From NCBI GenBank assembly GCA_016206665.1, contig JACQRC010000100.1, positions 33 to 64,032 of the forward strand: DNA of 64,000 nt, given 5' to 3'. The notes beneath the pieces are model-generated. The model did not search any database and was not told the origin of the DNA. It saw nothing but the letters and a program-made list of their open reading frames with translations. This document shows, piece by piece, positions 1 through 8,400 of this stretch. The position numbers were made by a program, and so were the translations under genes. The stretch is from Candidatus Omnitrophota bacterium (GTDB lineage Bacteria; Omnitrophota; Gorgyraeia; Aquiviventales; JACQRC01). Position 1 is the stretch's first letter. Each line of letters begins with the position of its first letter.

Positions 1-9
1 CAGCCTAAC

Positions 10-2532
10 ATGCAATCCAGGGGTTGTCGAATAGTGGTACGTCACCGCCTCGGTGCCCGACTCGTGCTGGCCCTCGGCCTGTGGCTATGGCTGGCCCCGC
101 CCGCCTTCGCCCGGACCGCCACGTGGGATGGGGGGGGCGGCGATAATCTCGATTCCACGGCGGCGAACTGGGATTCAGATACCTTGCCGGTCGCTGGCGA
201 TGATATCGTCTTCAACGGCACCAGTACCACAAATTGTAATTGGGGCAATCTCGGGCTCGGGTACAACTCCTTCTCCATGAATGCCGGCTATACCGGGACG
301 GTATCGGGCGGGGATGTTCTCGCCGACACGATCACCGTCTCCTCGGGCACCCTGACGCAGGCAGCGGGTGGTGTCGTGGGTGATTCGGGTGGTGGCAGCG
401 TGAACACGCTGACCATCAACAGCGGTGCGACGTTCACGGCAGGCGGTTCCTGGATCACCGATTCCAACTCGACGCTGACGTTAAACGGCGCGGTCACCTT
501 CAACGGCAATGGTAGTACCTTAAGCGGCCCGACCACGATCGGGGGGACCATGACAGTCGTCTCACCGCTCACCATCTCATTTGCGTCGCCTACTGCCTTC
601 ACGCTGAACTCGGGTGGGACCATCAACGGCGCCGGCACGGTCAGCTATTCCCGTATTGTTGCTCCCACGCTGAATGGCACGATCACCATGCAGTCCGGCT
701 CCACCTTTGGGACGTTCCGGTATACCGTCGGGACGGCGGCCGTGCCCACCCTCACCGTGCCGGCCACGACGTATACGAGTCACCTGGACCTGAGACCGGC
801 GAACGTCAATGCCACCTACACCATTGGAGCTGGGACGCTCTCGGTCGCGGGCAACTTCCGCATGGACCATTCCACTGCCGGCAAGACGACGACGGTGACC
901 AACGCGACGAACAACACCCCGATCACGGTCGGCGGCAACTGGGATGATGATGGCACCGCCGGCTCTGCCACCTACACCCCTGGCACCGAGACGGTGACCT
1001 TCGATGGCAGCGGTGCGACCGGCACCATCACCATTGACACGACGAACATCACCACCACCTGGTACAACGTCACCTTCAACGAAAGCGGCACCACCTTCAA
1101 CGTCACCGGCACCGCCACGGTCACCGGCGCCTTGACGGTGGGCAGCGGCACCACCCTCGACATCGATGGGGACATGACCATAACCGCGAGTGGTTCGTCC
1201 ATCGACAACAGCGGCACGATCGATGAGACCGAAGGCCAGCTCCTCCATCCCGCCACCTCGCTGAAGCTCACCGACCAAGACGGCAACGAAGTCGCCGACT
1301 ACGACTTCGGGGCCGAGTCAGTCTACGTGACGTTGGTGGACGAGGATGAGAATCTGAACGGCACGAGTGCGGATACCGCCAACGGGGTGACGGTCACCTG
1401 CGGCAGTGACAGCGAGGCGATGTCCGGGAGCTTCCTCTTGACCGAAACCGGCGCCAAGACCGAGACCTTCCGCAACACGACCGCGCTGCCCACCCGGCTG
1501 CTGACCACGAGCCAGAGTCCCACGACCAACAACAGCAAGCTCGAGTGCCGGCCCACCGATACCATCTCGGTGGCCTACACCGACCAGGAGGATAGTACCG
1601 ACAACACCGGCACCGATACGACCACCGTCAACCCCGCCGGCGTCATCACGATCGGCCAGACGCTGAACAAGACGAAAGCCACCCCGGGGGAGCCGGTCCT
1701 CGTCACCGTCACCCTCACCAATAACGGGGCGGATAGCTACACCTTCAATGTGGAAGACAGCCTGCCCGCCGGCTTCGCCTTCAAGGAGGGCTCCGCCGCG
1801 CTCGATGGCGCCGCCGTGAGTCCCAGCTCGACAGGGAATCCGCTGGTCTTCAGTTCCATCACCACCACCGCGAACCAGGTCCGGACCCTCAAATACCTCC
1901 TCACCATCGGCAGCGTGCCGCCGGGCCAGTACATCAACTCGCTCATCGCGCGGCAAAATCCGGTCATCTCCAACCTCTCGGCCGTGACGCTCACGGTCGT
2001 GCCGGATCCGCTCTTCACCCTCGCCACCCTCCTCGGCAAGGTCTTCGTGGATGCCAACGCCAATGGCCGGCAGGACCGCCACGAACCCGGCCTCGCCGAT
2101 ATCCGCCTCGCCACCGAAGAAGGCGTCACCGTCACGACCGACACGGCGGGTCGCTTCCATCTGCCGGATCTCTTGCCCGGCCGGCATCTGCTCAAGCTCG
2201 ATCAAACCACCCTGCCCCCTGGGGCGACCCTCACCACGGAACATACCCGGCTCATCACGGCGACGGATGGCTCCTTGAGTAAGGTCAACTTCGGCGTCCG
2301 CCTGCCGTCAACAACGAACAGCGTCCTAAGTCCTAAGTCCGAAGTCCTGAGTCGCTCACCCGCGGAAACCGACATCGGACATAGGACGTTCTACCGCCTT
2401 GCGCGAGTTGGCCGTGACGCAGCTGCCGGCGGTGGCGCAGCCGCGGTTGGCCGTGAGCGTCTCGCCGGCCACGGTGCAGCTCACCCGCGAGGGCCGGTTC
2501 GCGGAGCCGGTGACGTTTACCATCAGCTGTAA
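10..2532 (+). CDS. Large secreted surface/adhesin-like protein, paralog A (frame-1 part; authentic sequence probably ends near nt 2350, the rest looks like out-of-frame read-through)
   Basis: ORF track 840 aa. Signal-like N-terminus LVLALGLWLWLAPPAFA. T/S/N/G-rich repetitive N-terminal half typical of beta-helix adhesins. DUF11-like repeat (VTLTNNGADSYTFNVEDSLPAGFAF). SdrD-B/Cna-B-like module (GKVFVDANANGRQDRHEPGLADIRL...TDTAGRFHL). Collinear with paralog B (2773..5337) up to KVNFGVRL. After the heptamer tract at 2323..2353, frame 1 turns Ala/Gly/Arg-rich with no counterpart in paralog B. GTG at 34 is an alternative start. Confidence 0.8.
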   Translation: MQSRGCRIVVRHRLGARLVLALGLWLWLAPPAFARTATWDGGGGDNLDSTAANWDSDTLPVAGDDIVFNGTSTTNCNWGNLGLGYNSFSMNAGYTGTVSGGDVLADTITVSSGTLTQAAGGVVGDSGGGSVNTLTINSGATFTAGGSWITDSNSTLTLNGAVTFNGNGSTLSGPTTIGGTMTVVSPLTISFASPTAFTLNSGGTINGAGTVSYSRIVAPTLNGTITMQSGSTFGTFRYTVGTAAVPTLTVPATTYTSHLDLRPANVNATYTIGAGTLSVAGNFRMDHSTAGKTTTVTNATNNTPITVGGNWDDDGTAGSATYTPGTETVTFDGSGATGTITIDTTNITTTWYNVTFNESGTTFNVTGTATVTGALTVGSGTTLDIDGDMTITASGSSIDNSGTIDETEGQLLHPATSLKLTDQDGNEVADYDFGAESVYVTLVDEDENLNGTSADTANGVTVTCGSDSEAMSGSFLLTETGAKTETFRNTTALPTRLLTTSQSPTTNNSKLECRPTDTISVAYTDQEDSTDNTGTDTTTVNPAGVITIGQTLNKTKATPGEPVLVTVTLTNNGADSYTFNVEDSLPAGFAFKEGSAALDGAAVSPSSTGNPLVFSSITTTANQVRTLKYLLTIGSVPPGQYINSLIARQNPVISNLSAVTLTVVPDPLFTLATLLGKVFVDANANGRQDRHEPGLADIRLATEEGVTVTTDTAGRFHLPDLLPGRHLLKLDQTTLPPGATLTTEHTRLITATDGSLSKVNFGVRLPSTTNSVLSPKSEVLSRSPAETDIGHRTFYRLARVGRDAAAGGGAAAVGRERLAGHGAAHPRGPVRGAGDVYHQL
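2323..2353 (+). repeat. Imperfect heptanucleotide tandem repeat GTCCTAA GTCCTAA GTCCGAA GTCCTGA GTC inside paralog A
   Basis: Read directly from the sequence. 7-nt period, 4 units plus a partial unit. Locally AT-richer than the surrounding gene. Coincides with the reading-frame change of paralog A. Confidence 0.9.
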
Positions 2533-2776
2533 CTATCCGCAGTTCATTACCCAGTGGACCCTCGTCGTGGCGCAGGATGAGCATTGGCTGGTCAAGGTCT
2601 TTACCGGCACAGGCCCACCGCCGACCACCCTGACGTGGCACGGTGAACTCGACACCGGTACCCTCGAGCCCTCGTTGTACCTGTACCGTCTCTTTGTGTG
2701 GGATCAGAAGCAGCATGAGGATTTTACACCGTTGCAGAGTGTTGAGGTGAGAAACGGGGGGGCGGTCACGCCGTGA
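2351..2776 (+). CDS. C-terminal Ig-like domain segment of paralog A, encoded in the +1 frame relative to 10..2532
   Basis: Frame is open from 2351 (ORF track calls 2399..2776). Translation ...LRELAVTQLPAVAQPRLAVSV...LYLYRLFVWDQKQHEDFTPLQSVEV is collinear with the C-terminus of paralog B. Stop TGA 2774..2776 overlaps the paralog B start (GTGATGA). Confidence 0.65.
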   Translation, partial: VAHPRKPTSDIGRSTALRELAVTQLPAVAQPRLAVSVSPATVQLTREGRFAEPVTFTISCNYPQFITQWTLVVAQDEHWLVKVFTGTGPPPTTLTWHGELDTGTLEPSLYLYRLFVWDQKQHEDFTPLQSVEVRNGGAVTP

Positions 2777-5337
2777 TGAGACGCCGCCTCGTCCTAGCCC
2801 TTCTGGTCGGTCTGGCGTGGGCCCCGCCGGCCTTCGCCGCCACGCGGACCTGGGATGGCGGGGGAGGCGACGCCAACGCCTCGACCGCGGCGAACTGGAG
2901 CGCGGATACGGCGCCGGTGGCTGCGGATGACGTCGTCTTCGACGGCACCAGCACCAAGGACTGCACGTGGGACTTAGCCCTCTCGGTGGCTTCGGTGTCG
3001 TTGAATAGCGGCTACACGGGCACCGTGACAGAGACCGCCGCGCTCACGGCGACCAGCAGCATGACCATCTCCGCAGGCGCCTGGAACATCAATAGCGGCA
3101 TCACTCTGACCAGCTCCGGCGCCACCTTCACGTTGAACTCGGGCGGCACCCTCAGCGGCACGGGCACCATCAACCGGACCAACACCACCGCCCCGACCCT
3201 CAGCGGGACGATTAACATGCAGTCGGGGACGACCTTTGGGACCTTCCGGTATACCCTGACGAGTAACGCGACCATCCCCGCCGCGACCTACACCAGCGAC
3301 CTCTCGCTGCGCGGTGGCTCAGGGGCCGGCACCCGCACCTTCACGGTCGGCGCCGGCACCTTGACCGTGGCGGGGAACCTGGATCTCGACAAGGCCACGC
3401 TCGGCTCCACGATGCTGCTGACCAACGCCACCAACAACACCAACCTCACCATCGGCGGCAACTGGGATGACGCCGGCCAAGCCGGCCTCAGCACCTACAC
3501 CGCCGGCACCGAGACGGTGACGTATAATGGCAGCGGGGCTACCGGCACGGTGACCCTTGACATAGTCAATTTCGTCACCACTTGGAACAACGTGACGTTC
3601 AATGAGAGTGGCACCACCTTCAACATCACCGAGGCCGCGACGATCACCGGGGCCTTGACCGTGGGTAGTGGAACCACCTTGGACATCGGCGGCGAGCTGG
3701 TCATGACCGCCAGCGGCTCCTCGATTGACAACAGCGGCACGATCGATGAGACCGGCGTCGATCAGGACGGCGACCCGGTCAAGATCACGCATCCGGCCAC
3801 CTCCTGCAAGCTCACCGACAAGGACGGTAACGAAGTTGCCGGCTACGCCCTCAAGGACGATCTCCTCTACGTGACGTTGGTCGATGAGGATGAGAACCTC
3901 AATGGCACGGCGGCGGATACCGCCAACGGGGTCACGGTCTCGATCTCCGGCGGCGATAGCGAGACGATGAGCGGGACGTACATCCTCACCGAGACCGGAG
4001 CGAAGACCGAGACCTTCCGCAACACGACCGGCCTGCCCACCGCGCTCCTCCAAGCCGGCCAGACCGGCACCGCCAATAACGGCGTCTTGGAGCTCCTGGC
4101 CACGGATACCATCTCCGTGGCCTACACCGATGGGGAAGACAGCACCGACAACGCCGCCAGCGATACCGCCGCCACCCAGACCGTGGGCGCGAGCCTCCTC
4201 ACCATCGGCCAGAGCCTCAGCAGTACCCGCGTCAGCCCGGGTCAGCCCGTGGCGGTCACGGCGACGCTCACCAACAACCAAACGACCAACGCCCTCACCT
4301 TCCGGGTGGAAGATACCCTGCCGGTCGGCTTCGTCTTCCAAGCGGGCAGTGCGGCCCTCGATGGCGTGGCCATGACGCCGACCGTCGCCGACCAGACGCT
4401 GACCTTCTCCAATATCACCGTCAATGCCACCGCCTCCAGGACGCTCCGGCTGCTCCTGATTCCTGGCAGCCTCACGCCAGGGGAATACATCAATAGGATG
4501 CTCGCGCGCATTAACCCCGTGATCTCGAACGTCAGTCAAGTCACGATCACCGTGACCCCTGACCCGCTCTTCACGCTCTCCACGCTGCTCGGCAAGGTCT
4601 TCGTGGATGCCAACGGCAATGGAAGACAAGATCGGGACGAACCGGGCCTCGCCGATATCCGCCTGGCCACCGAAGAAGGCGTGACCGTGACCACGGATAC
4701 CGCCGGCCGCTTCCATCTGCCGGATCTGCTCCCGGGCCGGCATTTGCTCAAACTCGACCGCACCACCTTGCCCCCCGGAGCGTCCCTGACCACGGAACAT
4801 ACCCGGCTCATCACGGCGACCGATGGCTCGCTCAGCAAAGTCAACTTTGGGGTGCGGCTGGGGCGGGAGGCCAGGAGCCAGCAATCAGCAATCAGCAATC
4901 AGCAATCAGCAGCCATCAGCCTGCCGAAGGAGTTACCCGTCACAGATCTCTCCGTCACCCAGCTGCCGGCGGTGGCGCGGCCGATCTTGGCGATTCGGGT
5001 GGAGCCACCGATCCTACGCATCGAGCAGACCAGCCTGGCAGAGCCGGCCGTCTTTCGCATTGACTGCAACTATCCGTTCTTCGTGAAGGCGTGGATCATT
5101 GCGATTGCCACGGATGACGAGCAGCTGCTCCAGACGCTCACCGGGGCCGGGCCGCCGCCAGCCTCGGTGGAATGGGATGGCCGATTAGAGGTGGGGGAGC
5201 TGCTCGCGGGCCGCAGCTACCGCTATCGGCTCTTTGTTTGGAATGGAGAGGGGCGCCAGGATTTCACCTCCTTACAGCGGTTTACCGTCGAGCTCTATCA
5301 ACCTCCGGCCACAGCAGTTTCCAAAACTTTCCCTTGA
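2773..5337 (+). CDS. Large secreted surface/adhesin-like protein, paralog B (intact; DUF11-like repeat, SdrD-B-like module, C-terminal Ig-like domain)
   Basis: ORF track 854 aa. Start is GTG 2773 or ATG 2776. Signal-like LVLALLVGLAWAPPAFA followed by TRTWDGGGGD as in paralog A. VTATLTNNQTTNALTFRVEDTLPVGFVF (DUF11-like). GKVFVDANGNGRQDRDEPGLADIRL... (SdrD-B-like). C-terminal WDGRLEVGELLAGRSYRYRLFVWNGEG motif typical of FlgD-Ig-like domains. Confidence 0.85.
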   Translation: MMRRRLVLALLVGLAWAPPAFAATRTWDGGGGDANASTAANWSADTAPVAADDVVFDGTSTKDCTWDLALSVASVSLNSGYTGTVTETAALTATSSMTISAGAWNINSGITLTSSGATFTLNSGGTLSGTGTINRTNTTAPTLSGTINMQSGTTFGTFRYTLTSNATIPAATYTSDLSLRGGSGAGTRTFTVGAGTLTVAGNLDLDKATLGSTMLLTNATNNTNLTIGGNWDDAGQAGLSTYTAGTETVTYNGSGATGTVTLDIVNFVTTWNNVTFNESGTTFNITEAATITGALTVGSGTTLDIGGELVMTASGSSIDNSGTIDETGVDQDGDPVKITHPATSCKLTDKDGNEVAGYALKDDLLYVTLVDEDENLNGTAADTANGVTVSISGGDSETMSGTYILTETGAKTETFRNTTGLPTALLQAGQTGTANNGVLELLATDTISVAYTDGEDSTDNAASDTAATQTVGASLLTIGQSLSSTRVSPGQPVAVTATLTNNQTTNALTFRVEDTLPVGFVFQAGSAALDGVAMTPTVADQTLTFSNITVNATASRTLRLLLIPGSLTPGEYINRMLARINPVISNVSQVTITVTPDPLFTLSTLLGKVFVDANGNGRQDRDEPGLADIRLATEEGVTVTTDTAGRFHLPDLLPGRHLLKLDRTTLPPGASLTTEHTRLITATDGSLSKVNFGVRLGREARSQQSAISNQQSAAISLPKELPVTDLSVTQLPAVARPILAIRVEPPILRIEQTSLAEPAVFRIDCNYPFFVKAWIIAIATDDEQLLQTLTGAGPPPASVEWDGRLEVGELLAGRSYRYRLFVWNGEGRQDFTSLQRFTVELYQPPATAVSKTFP
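4879..4920 (+). repeat. Heptanucleotide tandem repeat (CAGCAAT)x4 followed by degenerate CAGCAGC CATCAGC inside paralog B
   Basis: Read directly: four perfect units at 4879..4906. Translated in frame as SQQSAISNQQSAAIS. Sits at the same linker position as the 2323..2353 tract of paralog A. Confidence 0.9.
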
Positions 5338-5363
5338 CAGGGAAAACTTCTTAAAAGTATGAT
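5334..5363 (+). promoter_or_regulatory. Sigma70-like promoter candidate TTGACA-N18-TATGAT upstream of the barrel gene
   Basis: TTGACA at 5334..5339 (contains the stop TGA of paralog B) and TATGAT at 5358..5363. Lies in an AT-rich 78-bp gap. RBS AGGAGAGG at 5398..5405, 10 nt before ATG 5416. Confidence 0.4.
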
Positions 5364-5415
5364 AAAATGACGTTTAGCATCAACCGCACAAGCGCTTAGG
5401 AGAGGTTGCTGGCGT

Positions 5416-8400
5416 ATGCTCACCCGACCAGGGTGGGGAATCGTAGGCATCTGGTGCGCAGCGCTCTTGACGGCTCCTGCGCCGAGTTGGGCCGAGGGCT
5501 TTCCGCAACTCAACATGAGCCAACCCGGCCCGCAGCAGACGATTCCTGTCTCCGGCAACCTCATCCGCGTTGAAGGCTACGTCCCCCCACGACATGAACT
5601 CCGCATCAACGACCGCACCGCGCCCGTCTCCCGCGAACGCAAATTTTCCACCGAGCTGATTCTGCCGCAGGGCGAGCACGCCATCGATGTGGAGGTGGTT
5701 GACCCTGCGGGCCAGGTCTACCGCGAGACCAAGCCGGTGACGGTGAACGACCATTATCTCTTCTTCGTGTCGCTGAGCGAAGCGGAGCTCGGCCATCTCG
5801 CGGCGAAGGGGCAGGTGGGGTCGCTCACCAATGAGGATCGGCAGCGGATGGAGCGGGAGATCTACTTCGACGGCCGCGTCGCCTACTACCTCAAGGCCAA
5901 GGTCAAGGGCAAGTACCTGGTGACCTCCAGCTACGACATCGATCGGGAGCGCAAGGAGCTGTTCCGCAACTTGGAGCCGGAAGATTTTTATCCCATCTAC
6001 GGCGACAACTCGACGATCAACTATGACGCGGCGAACACGCAGGACCGGCTGTACCTGCTCGTCGAATCCGGCAAGTCGTCCTTCTTGTGGGGCAATTATG
6101 GCACGGGCCTCACCGGCACCGAGTTTGCCCGGTACAACCGGACCTTAAGCGGCGGCAAGCTCCATTACGAATCGGTGGCGACCTCCCAGCGCGGCGATCC
6201 CAACACCCTGCTGATTCTCTTTTCCGCTGCGGCGCGGCAATTAGCGGCGCATGACGATCTGCGCGGCACCGGCGGCAGCCTCTACTACCTGAAGAACAAG
6301 GACGTCATCCAGGGCAGCGAGAAACTGTCGCTCGAAATCCGGGATGAGACGACCGGGACGACGATCAGCCGGCAGCCGTTGGCCGTCGGCGCCGATTACG
6401 AGATCGACTACGACCAGGGGCGCCTCCTGATGACGCGGCCGGTGCCTTCGGTGTCGCAGGGGACCGATTTCTCCATCATCTCGACGAATATTCTCAACGG
6501 GAATCCCGTCGTGTTAGTGGCGGAGTATGAGTACAAGCCCTCGGCCACGATGAAGGATGAGACGTTCGGGAGCCGCGTGGCCCGGCAGTTCGGTCCGGTC
6601 CGGCTGGGCGGGACGCTGCTGCGCGAGACGCAGCAGAGCGCCGACTACGAACTGCGCGGACTCGACGCGGCCATTGACCTGCCGGCCCAGACCCGGGTGA
6701 GCGGCGAGTATGCCCTCTCGCAGGTCTCCAGCGCCCGCCAGAACTTCTCCTCCGACGGGGGCATCACCTTCACGAGCATCACGCAGCCGGGCGCCGGCAC
6801 AAAAGGGGAGGCCTACAAGATCGAGGCGACCGCCCAACCATTCAAAGGCACGACCATGACAGGGTTCCACCGTCAGGTGGACCAGGACTTCTCCAACACC
6901 GGCTCCGCCTTTGAGGCCGGCACCATCAAGACCGGCGGCTCCGTGACCCAGCGGTTGGGCCCCAACACGACGGTCAGCGCCTCCCACGTCCTGCAGCGGC
7001 TCGTCAAGGACGGCAACCAGCAATCGTCGCAGAACGTCGGCTCGCAGCGCGAGCGGACGACGAGCGTCCAGGCGACGCATCAGGTCGGCAAGTTGGGGCT
7101 GACGGGGGAGTACCGCCATCTGGACAAGAATCAACCCCTGAACGCCGCGACCAAACAGCAACAGGATCTGGCCGCGGCCCGGGTGAGCTATCAGGTCACG
7201 CCGAAGTGGAACGTCTACGCGCAGGACCAGGTGACGTTGCGCGGCGACAACTCGAACCAGGGGCAGGTCGGCACGACCTTCGCGCTCGCCGACAAGACGA
7301 CGGTGAGTCTCTCGCAGGCGGTGGGGAATCAGGGCGACGCCACCCAGTTTGGCCTCGAGCGTCAGTTGGATCCTCATTCTTCGCTCTACACGCACTACAC
7401 CCTGACCCAGCAGCCGTCCGGCCTCAAGCAGGCCACGACCACCTTCGGCGGCCGCACCAAGATGAATGACCGGACCTCGTTGTATACCGAGCAGGAGTAC
7501 CGCACCTATCCGGGCACGACGCAGTCCGCGAATATTCTCGGCGCGGGCACGCAGGTGAACGACCGGCTCTACCTCGACGCCTCCGTCGAGCGCTCGCACA
7601 CCGACACCAACGTTCAGGACTCGACGAACAACGCCGTCAAGTTGGGGCTCAACTACATCGACATTGATTGGATCAAGGCCTCGACGAGCGGCGAGCTGCG
7701 GTTCACCGAAGCGCCCACCCATGAGCGGCAGGTGGTCACAAAGAACGTCGTCGAGCTGCATCCGTCCAAGGAGTGGTCGTTGTTGGGCCGGTATGAGTAC
7801 GCGCCGACCCGCAACACCGTCACCGACACGAATCTCGCCCGCTTCCAGGAGTTGCATCTGGGGGCGGCCTACCGGCCGACGCGGTGGGATTGGCTCAACT
7901 GGTTGGGCCGCTACGTCCGTCTGGAAGATAAAGCCCCCGCCTCTCAGGCCGACACGACCGGCTCGATCTCGCGGACGAGCCAGATTTACTCCACCGAGGC
8001 CGTCATCGATCTGCCGGGGAATTTTGAGCTGGCTGAAAAGTTTGCCCGTAGGGACCGGCAGGAGCAGCTCGCCGGCATCGCCGGGCAGACGAACACGCAG
8101 ACCTACCTCTGGGTCAATCGGCTGACCTATCATCTGACGGATCGCTGGAACCTCATCGGCGAGTACCGGCTGTTGCGGCAGCGGCAGGCCGACGACGCCA
8201 GGCAGGGCGTGTTGTTGGAGGTGGACCGCAACTTCTTCAACACCGTCCGGGTGGGCGCAGGCTATAACTTCACCAACTTCCGCGACGACTTGACCGGGGC
8301 GAACGACTTCGACGCGCACGGCTTGTTCGTACGGCTGACGGGGACACTGACCGACCAGAGTCTCGACGATGTCCAGCGGTTCCTGCAACGCCACTGGGAG

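Noticed and set aside
2323-2353. Programmed +1 ribosomal frameshifting as the explanation for the paralog A frame change
   Set aside because: The zero frame has no stop or rare codon at the shift site (it stays open to 2530). There is no prfB-like CUU-UGA motif with an upstream Shine-Dalgarno and no obvious downstream stimulatory structure. Repeat-number change or sequencing error is more parsimonious.
3319-4884. Long minus-strand ORFs in the track (for example 3319..4884 521 aa, 6514..8394 626 aa, 10152..11468 438 aa, 28362..29957 531 aa, 54879..56306 475 aa, 61086..62180 364 aa)
   Set aside because: All lie entirely antisense to + strand genes with strong family motifs. Their translations are Arg/Gly/Ala/Pro/His-rich with no recognisable motifs, which is the usual shadow-ORF artefact of high-GC DNA. 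None has a plausible RBS or start context that I could see.
4879-4920. Heptamer tracts as a CRISPR array or other spacer-repeat structure
   Set aside because: The units are 7 nt, directly tandem with no spacers, and lie inside coding sequence. No cas genes are present.
10-5337. High density of N-x-S/T sequons in the two adhesin paralogs as evidence for N-glycosylation by the adjacent locus
   Set aside because: I counted 16 sequons in paralog A. That is roughly what is expected by chance for a protein this rich in Asn, Thr and Ser, so the count alone carries no signal. Glycosylation remains only a contextual hypothesis.
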